Shown here one piece after another: positions 1-11,359 of a DNA stretch of 64,000 nucleotides (the first letter of the stretch is position 1; each line of letters begins with the position of its first letter). The stretch comes from Eledone cirrhosa (Eukaryota). A model generated the notes under the pieces. That model saw only the letters and a list, made by a program, of their open reading frames with translations, had not been told where the DNA came from and searched no databases. Position numbers and translations under genes: made by a program. The DNA is taken from assembly GCA_964016885.1 (NCBI GenBank), contig OZ024740.1, positions 313,162,001 through 313,226,000 on the forward strand, given 5' to 3'.

Positions 1-44
1 CTCCATCGAAATACAAACACATCAACTGTACTAATATGCAATTC

Positions 45-258
45 TTTCTAACTTTGCCACAAAGCCAGCCATTTGGAGGAAAGGGAAAGTCAGTTATACC
101 GACCCAGTACTTAACTGGTACTTTATTTTATCGATACTCAGAAGGATGAAAGGCAAAGTTGGTCTTGGCGGGATTTGAACACAAACGCTAAGAGACGTAA
201 CTAAATGCCGCGAAGTATTTTATCCGACTCCCCTAACGATTCTGCCAATCCATTGCCC
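45..258 (-). mobile_element. tRNA-derived SINE, family A
   Basis: Reverse complement of the family consensus; flanking duplication tgtactaatatg. Confidence 0.8.
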
Positions 259-280
259 TATATTGTACTAATATGTAATG

Positions 281-460
281 TGGATTGGCAGTATCGGTAG
301 AGGGTCGGACGCCATGCTTTCCAGCATAGTTACGTCCCTTTACGATCTGAGTTCAAATCCCGCCGAGGTTGACTTTGCTTTTCATCCGTACGGGGTCGAT
401 AAAATAAAGTACCAGTAATGAACTGGGTGATTGCTGGCCTTGTGCCTAAAGTAGAAACAA
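281..460 (+). mobile_element. tRNA-derived SINE, family A
   Basis: A-box-like tggcagtatcgg, B-box gagttcaaatcc, central ttgc(c/t)tttcatcc..ggggtcgataaaataaagtaccag; TSD aatatgtaatgt. More than 15 copies in the window. Confidence 0.9.
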
Positions 461-2764
461 ATATGTAATGTCAACACACATTGTTACTCTGGACATTTGC
501 ATGTTCCTGTTGGGTGTGTGTGTATTTTAGAAATATATACAATACTTAATTACACAAGCCGAAACCGCTTGGCGCCGCGGTCGGGATTTTACACATCTCA
601 ATACTTAATTACATAAATATTTCATATAACATTATGGAATCAACGAAAGAAAATATTACTTCAACAGTGTCAATCGGTCACACACCACAAAAGAAGCCGG
701 GGACTCCCTCTAATACTTATTGAGGCAAACCAACACACTCGCAGCATTTATGCGGGTGTTTTTGTTTGAAACATGATTTCGTCGAAATTCCCTGACAAGA
801 AATAAACATATAAGCCAACAGTTTTGTTTCCTTATTGGTCTGTATCAATGCTTTGGGGGAAAATTGCTTTCTCCACATCAATCTAACATCGATCACCCAT
901 CAACAACCAACAGTCACATCGACCATCGAACTAACCAAAACACACCAAGCCAACCTAACTCACTCAACATTTCTGTTAAACACCGCTAATGCTATCAGGG
1001 AAAATATGTCAACTTATTTACACCGTTAATGATTGCTTTACGGAAGAAAAGAACCAGAATCTGACCCGACAATTTGTATTCGTGTGTGTAAAAGGTTAGC
1101 TACGTGATATTATAAGGTAGATGTGTGACAGTAAAAGGTTGATAGATGATATTATGATACAAAGAAATATAAATACTAATTTACTGAAGTAATAAACGGG
1201 AGAAATCATACAAGATAAAAGTAACAGTAAAAAGTTAGAAGAGAGTTATCAGTGTTTAATAGGATACATAAAGTTATTTGTGACGGGTAGTTGACTGTGT
1301 GGCAATGGAGTTCAGAATGAAATACAGAAAATGTTATAATGGAAGAGGGTCAAGGATAATCAGTGTACTTAAAGTACACTGTCCTTTGGTGGGAAGTTTA
1401 ATGTAGGGACGCTCGAAGAATATCTACTTATGGTCCTGTACAGTGAGTATAGAAGGTATGTATGTAACATACAACTATTGACAATAGTTACCCTTAACAC
1501 ACCACTTTACGAGTTGTTTTTTTTTTGTTATAAAAAAAACGTAAATATACTTTATATAAGCCATCTACCATTCAAACTATACGGGGGTAGCCGCTATATG
1601 GCAGCTCAACAGCTGGAATGTTTCATATAGGTTTACCGGATCAGAATTGACCTGGGGTTAAACAACATCACATGCACGCACAAACACAGAACTGGTGAAC
1701 AACAAAACTGAAAACAAATATTGGCAAGGCTTTCAAAATCACCAAAGGGGTACATAATAGCAAGTACCATATATATAGGGAGAGAGATTTACCCAAAGCC
1801 TACTTCACTCCTCCTCCTCAAATATGAAAATCTCTGACGTTTTGTTTGACAGAATAAGACAAGTAAAAATAAATATTAAAATTTAAATGTATAAAAGGAA
1901 ACAATAAATGAAAGCTAGAGTAATTATAATGGGTAGAATAAATAAAGTTTATGGCGATATTGAGAGAGAAAAAATATCACAGAAAAGTCATCAACATTCA
2001 TGATTCGTTTGCCATGGGGAGAGTCAAGGAAAGTATTGACATGTTTTAATGTGTAGTACAATTGTGACAGTTTATCCTATTATCTGCGGTTTTGTATGAA
2101 ATGGTTTCCAATAACCATGTTAAAGAAAGAACGTGAAAATAATTGTCATAAGAGAGAAAAATAATATACCTAACAAAAACAAAAAAATTTTTAACTACCT
2201 CGAGCAGCAGCAACAACAAGGACACATGCCAACTTGTCAAATTTCGACTGCATTTACTAAGTCTCGTTTCGTCTCCCGCCCACTCGAGATTAACATTTTA
2301 AAATGTACTTTTAATTTTTTAATTATTTTTTTCAAATATTTAATTTAGAATTGTCTAATAGAACTTAAATTAATCAATTTTCATTGTTATTTTAGGTTTT
2401 AAAAAAAGATGAGGAAAACATAGGAAATTAGTTTCACTTATTCCATCCCAGCTTTTTCTTTGGTGATGTGGCATAAAAAATATATTGGAATATGTAACTT
2501 CAGATATTAAATATTGAATGCTGGGTTTATGAAAACAAAACAACGAAATTGGAAATAAAGAAATGTATTAACTAATTTCCATTTATTATGAGGGTTTTTT
2601 AAATATCTTATTTACAACATCCGGGACAGGGTCGGACGAATGTTAAATATTACTATTCTTTATTTCACACCGGCTGGCCATGTGCTCTTGTTAAATTAAC
2701 TCTATACAACACGTTAATGGTATAATAATTCTATCGTGAAGATTCGACGCGATAAATAATTCGA

Positions 2765-2831
2765 ATGGAACAAAAAAGGAAAACAGCTGCTTCGATTTCC
2801 AGAGAATTACTAGAGGTTGACAAGAGTTCAA
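2765..2831 (+). CDS. NOPCHAP1: NOPCHAP1/C12orf45-like (DUF4598) coding exon 1, MEQKRKTAASISRELLEVDKSS
   Basis: ATG at 2765, open frame, donor A|GTGAGT (phase 1). SRELL resembles the SKELL motif of C12orf45. Phase joins exon 2. Confidence 0.75.
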
Positions 2832-3822
2832 GTGAGTGTGTAATTAATTCATAGCGAACTGTTGAATATATTTGTAAAAGAAGTATATGCTCGTTCTAAT
2901 ACAAACTCCCAAGTGTCTATTTAACAGTATACAAATGTTATACGAATTCCCACCGATTATTGGAGTTTTAGATGTCGCTCTGTTATTCAATGGTTTACAA
3001 AGTTTTATTATTTTCTTAATAACCTAGCTAGAAAAATCGATGTTGAATCTGACCAGCTGAGAAATTACGGACTGTATATGCGTTAATTCTGGTTTTTAAA
3101 TATCCCAAAGCTGTTTATATATCAACAAAAGTGTCTACAGATGATTCTAAAAAAAAACAGTGTGTGTATGCTCTCCAGTTACTACGACTTAACTATTAAT
3201 GTCCTGTACCACATGAAACCACATTAGTAAGACATTCTTGCAAAGTATCAATCAAACAACACTGTGGTTATATTACATTATACATTGAAGTCTTTCCTTT
3301 AGTTTATTGCAAATGTTCACAATCCGTCCCCTAGTAAAGATACTATAAACATTTGAATTAAACCTGCAGTTTTAGATATTTTATAAATCTATAGAGGATT
3401 TTAACCGTTAATAAACCAGAGTAAGAAAGCATAATCAAAATATTACAAATAGCAGCCAAATACCTCATTAAATCACATCCTAGAACAAAAAAAGGATACT
3501 GGACAATGTGATATTGCGTGTTTAATGTCTGGAAGAAGGAGGTGAGATGGTAATAGCTGAAACGCCATTGAACAACACTTTTATAAGTTTATAAGTAACC
3601 TAATGTTTATCTGGATATATATATATATATAATATATATAATATATATATATATATATATAAAGTTTAATAGAAATGGCTTCTACAGGACTAGAACTGTT
3701 TCATTCAAATGAAATTATAGAGTACCTTACTAACTGGGGTTACCCCGATTGAATCCGGGACTCATATATATATATATTAGAATATAAATATTAATAAAAT
3801 AGATGTTATTTTGATCAATTAC

Positions 3823-3875
3823 ATTTTATTATACATATTTCGGATGTACAACAGTACGTTCTCATCAGACAAAAT
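3823..3875 (-). ncRNA. Hammerhead motif, inverted-arm copy
   Basis: Reverse complement of 3941-3993 with one extra stem II mismatch. Confidence 0.75.
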
Positions 3876-3940
3876 CTAATATATGACATACCCTGATTAA
3901 ATCTTAACCATTTAACATCTCAGGGTATGTCATATATCAT

Positions 3941-3993
3941 ATTTTGTCTGATGAGGACGTACTGTTGTACATCCGAAATATGTATAATAAAAT
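3941..3993 (+). ncRNA. Minimal type-I hammerhead ribozyme motif
   Basis: attttgt-CTGATGA-ggacgtac/tgtt/gtacatcc-GAAA-tATGTa-TA-ataaaat. Stem I is 7 bp; predicted cleavage after AUA at 3986. Confidence 0.85.
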
Positions 3994-4119
3994 GTAATTG
4001 ATCAAAAGAACATCTATTTTATTAATATTTATGTTCTAATATTAATAACTCCGGAAAATTATTGTATCGTAGAGTGCTTCCAATCTACTGTAAAACTCAT
4101 TGAGTTTTCTTTAACTCTT

Positions 4120-4160
<41 letters not shown>

Positions 4161-4185
4161 TGTAATAAACAACATAAGATAATTA

Positions 4186-4246
4186 TTTCATTTACCAGTG
4201 GTTTCTTGAAAGCAAGCAAATTTTGCTTTCAGTCATCAGAATGGAA
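4186..4246 (-). ncRNA. Hammerhead motif, second class (stem III CCA-C-TGG, GUA site)
   Basis: Minus strand ttccatt-CTGATGA-c-tgaaagcaa/aatttgc/ttgctttca-a-GAAA-ccactgg-TA-aatgaa. It lies in a module between (TA)n runs. Confidence 0.7.
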
Positions 4247-4373
4247 AAAATCCTGGGGTATTTATTGACAGTGGATTTTAAAAACCACAATATATATATA
4301 TATATAGAGAGAGAGATAAAGAGTTAAATCGGGGGTAACCACAGTGAATAAGGTACTCAATACATTAATAGAG

Positions 4374-4465
<92 letters not shown>

Positions 4466-5323
4466 AAGCTCCTGATAAATATAAACATTGGGTTAATTTA
4501 GATAGATAGATTTCTTTATTTACCATAAAGGCATAAAAAGAAGGGACAAATACAAAGGGGGAAGGGGTTAATTTAGATAGATAGACAGACAGACATACGA
4601 GTAGATCAGAATAGTTCCAGTAGAGTACTCGATGCTTGGGATAGTAGTGTGTAAATATATTAGTCGGCTTTAATGCGCTGTCGAAATGGCAAGAGCTCAG
4701 CCGTTGGGCCCTGGCTCTCTACTATATATATATATATAGTGAAAACAGCTGGTGATATGCATGTAAGTAAATATTCTCTCTATCTGATAGTTTGTAAACT
4801 TACATAGATCAATAACTGAGTATAGATACAATGTATTATCACCATCTAGAAACGATCGTAAAGCAGTGAAGTATATCTCTAATGACTTGATTTTTTATTT
4901 CATTGTTTTAACTTATATATATATATATACATACACACATAAAGTAAATTTCTTTATGCTCTGTTTACGTCTATCTTTCTATATATTTTGTTGTTTATAT
5001 TTTCATTCTAAAAAAAATGAGCAATGTTCACCTTATAAATAATATCTCTCCTATCTTCCCACCTGCAACTACATAAACATATTGAACTTTGTATAAAATT
5101 ATTTGTCAATCATATACTCCCCGATATAGCTCTCTATATGTAAATAGTTATATTTTTACCTTTGCTTATATATATTATAGTTTTAAAGGTGGATCTGTAC
5201 ATTTTAATTTACCTTTTTAATTATTATGTATTTTCCACACTTTTCGTAGACTTTATATTTTTAAACCTTGGGCTCATTAAATTACAGGGGATTAACGTGA
5301 GTCTTTAACTCCGCTTTTTCATT

Positions 5324-5382
<59 letters not shown>

Positions 5383-5544
5383 AAAGTTCTATTTAAATTG
5401 TTGGGATACAACAAGCAAATATTTTTATAACTGATATAAAGCACTCAACAAGTATTTGGAGTAAACTATCCGGGAGCTTCCAACAGTAATGGTTGCATTT
5501 TTTAAGGGTATGTCAATATTTATTTATAAAACTGATCTATATTA

Positions 5545-5609
5545 TATTTTGTCTGATGAAAGCACACCATAATTTAACTTGGTGTCCTTGAAATATGTAT
5601 AATGAAATA
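5545..5609 (+). ncRNA. Hammerhead motif, divergent member of the 3941 family
   Basis: tattttgt-CTGATGA-aagcacacc/ataatttaactt/ggtgtcctt-GAAA-tatgta-TA-atgaaata. Stem II has a different sequence but the same pairing. Its module (5380-5650) is flanked by (TA)n. Confidence 0.8.
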
Positions 5610-5648
5610 AATATGGTTTTATAAATATAGTTTTTATTTGTTAATATC

Positions 5649-5700
<52 letters not shown>

Positions 5701-7060
5701 CCAACAATCACATATTTTTCTATACTATTTTATTTATTGGATTCTTCTGAAAGAACAAGATTATTAAAATTAAGAAAATATATAAATAATACGAAATAAA
5801 TTGATCGAAGTTAAGTTCGATCAATATATTATATAATGATTTTACTTGGAGATTGATGAAGATAATTGTACTTTATAATCATAAAAAAAAAATATATATT
5901 TCTTTCATCTTAGGAAATATATGAAATATTAATAAAGTTTATCTTACTCAGTTGTGCCTTCCATTTTTGGTATTGTTAGGCTTTTCCACTTAAAATTTTT
6001 TTTTTTAAATTCAGTCAAGATTTTCTTGTGTGTTGATTATCAAGAACGTAGTTTAAAACTAATTAGTGGCTGTGAACAGATTACATTGTTTTTCTCCTAA
6101 TCATCTCCAGACACATAATTTTCCTCCTATAATGACTTTGACTGACACGTATTTCCTTTACCAGACGTCAGTCACCCTTAGTTACTAGTGGATAGCTATG
6201 TAAATTAATCATGTTAACTTTTACCAGTTTTCATATCGTTCGTCAATACGTGTAGTAGGTCCTAACACCCACCAACCAAGTCACAAAACACGTTTGATAC
6301 TGTACACGTGTATATGTGGGAATGGTCTAACTCTCGAGAAAAGATAATTTTAAATTAGTTGTCAATCAGTTTTATTAAGTTATTTTCTTATTTTAATTAA
6401 CTTTTTGATTTCTTGTTCACTGACAGAATGATAGCAACAAGTCCCAGCTGATAACTCACACTTTATCTCTCTCTCATCCCTACATACAACTCATATACAC
6501 ATTTATTTATTTATCTAATATATATATATTGGTAAATAACTAATCCATATTTTCCTTGTGGTATACTTAAGGTCTCTTCTTCCCGACTGTTTGAAAAACG
6601 TAGATTTAAAATCATAGCACCAACTACCTGTTGAGTCTTGCAATTTCAGTGATAAAATACACTGCCTGTTGACATGTATTTAAGTGTCTCAGGGATAAGC
6701 TACACTGCTTATTGACATGTATTTAAGTGTCTCAGCTGAGCATTCTGAAAGTATTTCTACAACGATAATATATAGAGTGACTACTTCCTTTTCCCTTTAC
6801 TGTTTGATATATATATACACACGCATACATATATATATAGTAGCCACTTGTGATAACGACTATTATATATTGTGTGACTAAACTACAATAAAGCAGTTAA
6901 GTGATAAATGTCCCATAGTTTCTTGTTGTGGTATATTTCTTCTTTGTTGTTTAATTCATCCATTGACTCATTGTACACTCAGCGATTAAATATCTCACTA
7001 AAATTGTACTGCCTAGGTTCATGTGCATCTTTCCTATATATATATATTGATATATATATC

Positions 7061-7238
7061 AGGATGGATTCAGTTTGAAACTGGTTAGACCATTACTCAA
7101 CAGAGTTCTTGATACTTGGAATAGTAGAGTATGGTTATATTGTAAAGAATCAGGACCCGATGTCTGAGCTAATTCCAGAGTCTGGAACTAGCTGTTGAAA
7201 CAGCAAGAGCTCAGCCATTGGGTCCTGATTCTTTATAA
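7061..7238. mobile_element. Fold-back (TA)n-embedded repeat, family B (other pieces at 4611-4722, 7679-7729, 8104-8197)
   Basis: Inverted arms aaagaatcaggacccgatgtctgagct / agctcagccattgggtcctgattcttt, an internal hairpin, and a shared GAAA-stem-NTY motif. Confidence 0.6.
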
Positions 7239-7319
7239 TATATATATATATATTATTTGCAAGACTTGCAGGAGCTAGTGCAGTAATGTACCAGCTTCAG
7301 CCATTGGGATAGGGGTAAA

Positions 7320-7672
7320 ATTCAGTATTTGTGCCAACTCTTACCTATGGGCATGAATCTTGGGTAATGACCGAAAGAATACTATCGCGAATACAAGCAA
7401 CCAAAATGAGGTTCCTCCAAAAGATCTTTGGAGTAACGTTACTCAAAGAGTGCGTAACTCGAAGATCAGAGAGTCACTCGAAGTAGAGCTGAATTGAGAG
7501 ATCACAGCTCCGATACTATGGGCATATGGTTAGAATGTCTCAGGAAAGAATCACTGGACAGATTTTACAGGCAAAGCCAACCAGGGGTAGACCCTGAGCA
7601 AGATGGTTGGATAACCTCCATGAGCTTGGCTGGTCTTGCTTGGGAATCCAGCCGGATCAGTTGGAGATGGTT
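7320..7672 (+). mobile_element. RTE-clade LINE 3' fragment
   Basis: Translates PTLTYGHESWVMTERILSRIQATKMRFLQKIFGVTL. Part of it recurs inverted at 8004-8108. Confidence 0.75.
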
Positions 7673-8369
7673 TAGATCTAGCTGTCGAAATGGCCGGAGC
7701 TCAGCCGTCGGGGTCCTGACTCTTTTCCTATATATATATATATTCAAAATAGAGGGCACACATGTCAAAGACAATGGAGGAAACAACAGACAGACAGTCC
7801 CATCTCCTCAGTCAACCTCTGGAAGTCACTACGGTTTTGGTGCATTAAGGTGGTTACCATTCATTTGAGTGCACATTGGAACATAACAAAATAGGTAGCG
7901 ACAAGTTATGCAAATTAAGCAAATTACTTCTTCACCCACTTATTCCTGAGTGGGTTGTGGGGGCACAGTCCTTAACGCTCCTTCAGCAGGACCTGTCAGA
8001 AGCAACCATCTCCAACTGATCTGGCTGGATTCCCAAGCGAGACCAGCCAAACTCATGGATGTTATCCAACCATCTTGCTCAGAGACTACCCCTGGTTGGC
8101 TTTGCCTGACTCTTTTCCTATTACCCCCTACTACCCTAAGTATTGAGTACCCAGGTGTGTTATGGTCCACCTGGTTCCTTACCACACTTCCTTCGTTATA
8201 TATATATATCATCATGTAACATCCATTTTCTATATTAATATATATATGTATGTCCTCCAAGCTAAGGAAACAAGTAGAATAAGGGCTACTGGAAATCACA
8301 TTAATGGACTAGAAACGAATATAGTGATAGGAAAGGACATTGGTTTCAACATACACAATCCACAAATAC

Positions 8370-8620
8370 TTGGTATGTGTTGTGGGAGGCAGTTTGGTAT
8401 GCTGAAAGATTTTCAGATTCACAGGTCGAGATGGTGTATGCAGAATCGCAATGTTCATCAAACATTAAGCATCAACAGTACCCAGGAAGCACACCACAAA
8501 GGTACAGTCAATTCAAGAGCAGAAGCCATCTACCTTCTCAAGGAGCAGAATTCATTAACACTTGACCAATTCAGGCCAATTTTCCATTCCTTGGGATTCT
8601 TCTTTAATCCCTAGCTGGCA
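8370..8620 (+). mobile_element. Degenerate HERO/NeSL-like non-LTR fragment
   Basis: C-CGRQF...F.IHRSRWC zinc-finger-like motif and AEAIYLLKEQNSLTLDQFRPI, which resembles AEG.YIPKE.....QFR.ISL. Confidence 0.5.
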
Positions 8621-9769
8621 ATTATGGGATACTATCCTCTCAACCAATACATTGCTGTGGATGATGGATTCCAATGATGATGTTCTGCCACGCTTTTCTA
8701 TCTATGGCTCTGACCTCAGCATGGTTGAGGACCATTTCAGGTCTTCCTTGATTTGTTTTGCCCATGGGTCACTGTGATGACAAAAATTGGTGCTTATCCT
8801 GCAGATATGGCTTATAGTAAACAAATTGTTAATTTGGTAATATCCTGAATACAATGTTCTATGTATAGATGCTTGACCTTCTTCCTCTTGTCACTCCATT
8901 TATATTAACTACGACTATTTTCTTGAATCATTATCAAACATATGCGCTAAATTATGGTCACTTTCTTCTATTTATCTATCTTCGGATTGTTATCTAGATG
9001 GTAGATTGTTGTTATTGTTGTTTTCTTTTTGTCCAAAAATAGATACAGCTGTCCGACAGATAAAGAGGTGGGTCGGTATATATATATATATACAGGCAGC
9101 CAGTGTATGAGTTACTGTTCAGTATTTTTATTTCACTTTATACTGCCAATAAGGATCCTGTGTTCCTGAATACCATAATTGGAGATGAGATGTGGGTGTA
9201 CTTGTTTTACTCAGAAACACATACATCATCATCATCATCATCATATGTCTGTTTAATGATGATGAAGTAATTTAAGACATTTTATTTGCTTTACATGTAA
9301 AAAAGGAAATGGTGAGAGATTCACTGAACCTCCATTATTGCTAGACAGAGTTATGACACTGTTGTGATGTTTGGATGTTTTCTCAAGATTGACTGTTCCT
9401 ATATTTTTGTATATTTTATCAAGTCACTGAGGATACAAGATTAAATGAAATTAATTAAGAGTTAAAGCTCAGATTATATTATAGAGAGATACATCTTTAT
9501 ATATTGATTATGAAGCTTGAGTGAACCACTTACCATTTTCTTTGTTTTTTCATCTTTTTCCTGTTGAGACATATATAAGATAAATAAAGTGTCTTAAATA
9601 TATTTCTTCATCTTGTCTAGCCATTATTAAGTGCTCTGTTTCTCTGCATTCATGCAACATGCCGGATTTATTTACTGATTCCATATTGATTATACATGTG
9701 ATTAATTGTTTCATTCACTTTATGATGGAGCCCATCAAGCTTGAATCACTTATATATATATATATATAT

Positions 9770-11359
9770 CATCATCATCATCATCATCACTGTTTTACGT
9801 CCGTTCTTCCACGCTAGCATGGGTTAGACGGGTTGTCCTGTTGTGGGCAGTGTCCGGTCGGCTGACCATGCCTTGCTCATACGGGAACTGATTCTGGCTT
9901 GATTTCTACAGCTGGATGCACTTCCTAACACCAACCTTATTTACAGTCAGTGCTGGGTGCTTTTTGCCGTGGCACCTACACGTCCACTTTACAGTGTGGG
10001 CTGGGTGCATTTTTGCCGTGGCACCTCCACGACCACTTTGCAGTGGGAGGGTGTGGGGGCATATTGTCTATATGCTTCAGCTTGTACCCGTGGGGGGGTC
10101 GTGTCTTCTGTATTACTGTGTGACACCAGAGGTCACAGTCGTGTGTCATCGCCTTTGAGAGGTGTAATTGAGTAAGGTCAGCTTTTATCACCTCATCCCA
10201 GGTCTTCTTGGGTCTGCCCACTCCGCGGTTTCCATTGACTTCTAGTGCTCTGCACCTTTTTATGCAGCTGTCATCCTTCATACGCATCACATGTCCATAC
10301 CAACACAACCGCCTCTCCTGCACATAGCATTTGATTCCTCTTATGCTCAGTCTCTCTCTCAATTCGTTTATGCTTTGCTGTTTGCGTATATTACTATTAC
10401 ACATCCATCGGAGCATGCGGGCTTCGTTTCTTTCTAATCTACGCAAGTCTTCCACAGACAGTGCCCAGGTCTCACTACCATGTAACATTGCTGTTCGTAT
10501 ACACGCATCATACAGTCTGCCTTTCATTTTGAGGGAAAAGTTTTTTGCAGCTAGCAGTGGCAGTAGCTCCCTGAACTTCTTCCATCCTGTTCTTACCCTA
10601 GTTATTGTACTTTCCGAACACCCACCTCCGCTGCTAATTCGGTCACCTAGGTAGCAGAAGCTGTCTACTGTTTCTACAGAGCCTTCCCAGAGTTTAGTGG
10701 TACTTTTTTCCTGTGGCTGTTTGCTGCTTGCTGTTCCAGCACAGCTGTTACATGTGAAGCCTACATTCTTAGTTAAGCTTCCTGAGATACCACTACATCT
10801 CTTGTGTATCCATTGTTTGCATTTGGGTCAGAGAATGGAGTTCCTACCTACTCCTTTCCTACATACTGAGCAAGGCCATTTTCCTGAGGGGATCTGGGTT
10901 CTGTTTTCTCGTCTACTTACAAGGACCTTAGTTTTTGTCGGGTTGACTTTGAGACCCTTTCTTTCTAGTCTCTGCTTCCAAGTTTGGAATTTCTTCTCTA
11001 GTTCTACCATATAAGTGTTCTTCTAGTTCTACCATATAAGTGTTCTTCTCTACTTCTACCAGCTATAAGTGCGGGGTCATCTGCATACAGGAGTTGCCAT
11101 GGGCATCCTGTCTTAAACTCCTCCATTATTGCCTGCAGAACTATTATGAACAGGGGAAGGCTAAGAACAGAGCCCTGGTGGACACCGACCTGTATGCTAA
11201 ATTCCTCGCTATAGTCATTGCTAATCCTAACTTTGCTGACTGCTCCCCTATACATGGCTTGTACAGCTTTCACAAGCCATTCATCTACTCCTAGTTTTCT
11301 AAGAGCCCACCGGATTATAGCATGGGGAACTCTGTCAAAGGCTTTCTCTAGAGCGGCTT
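9770..11359 (-). mobile_element. 5'-truncated RTE-clade LINE
   Basis: RT motifs GVHQGSVLS..LF and LLYADD; C-terminal LYDACIRTAMLHGSETW and GRPKKTW; (GAT)n tail; target duplication ACTTATATATATAT at 9748 and 11360. Confidence 0.95.

Larger units (their letters stand above)
3774..4121 (+). mobile_element. Short fold-back Penelope-like/retrozyme-type element in (TA)n
   Basis: Inverted arms 3774-3896 and 3920-4042, an ~80-nt unpaired 3' tail, a hammerhead motif in each arm, and (TA)n on both sides. Confidence 0.85.

Noticed and set aside
281-365. tRNA genes suggested by A/B boxes
   Set aside because: The boxes belong to multi-copy SINE heads with TSDs; no complete cloverleaf.
2200-2253. MQSKFDKLACVLVVAAAR as exon 1 of a GATD1-like gene
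   Set aside because: The resemblance is short, and no phase-compatible downstream exon with the expected sequence was found in the window.
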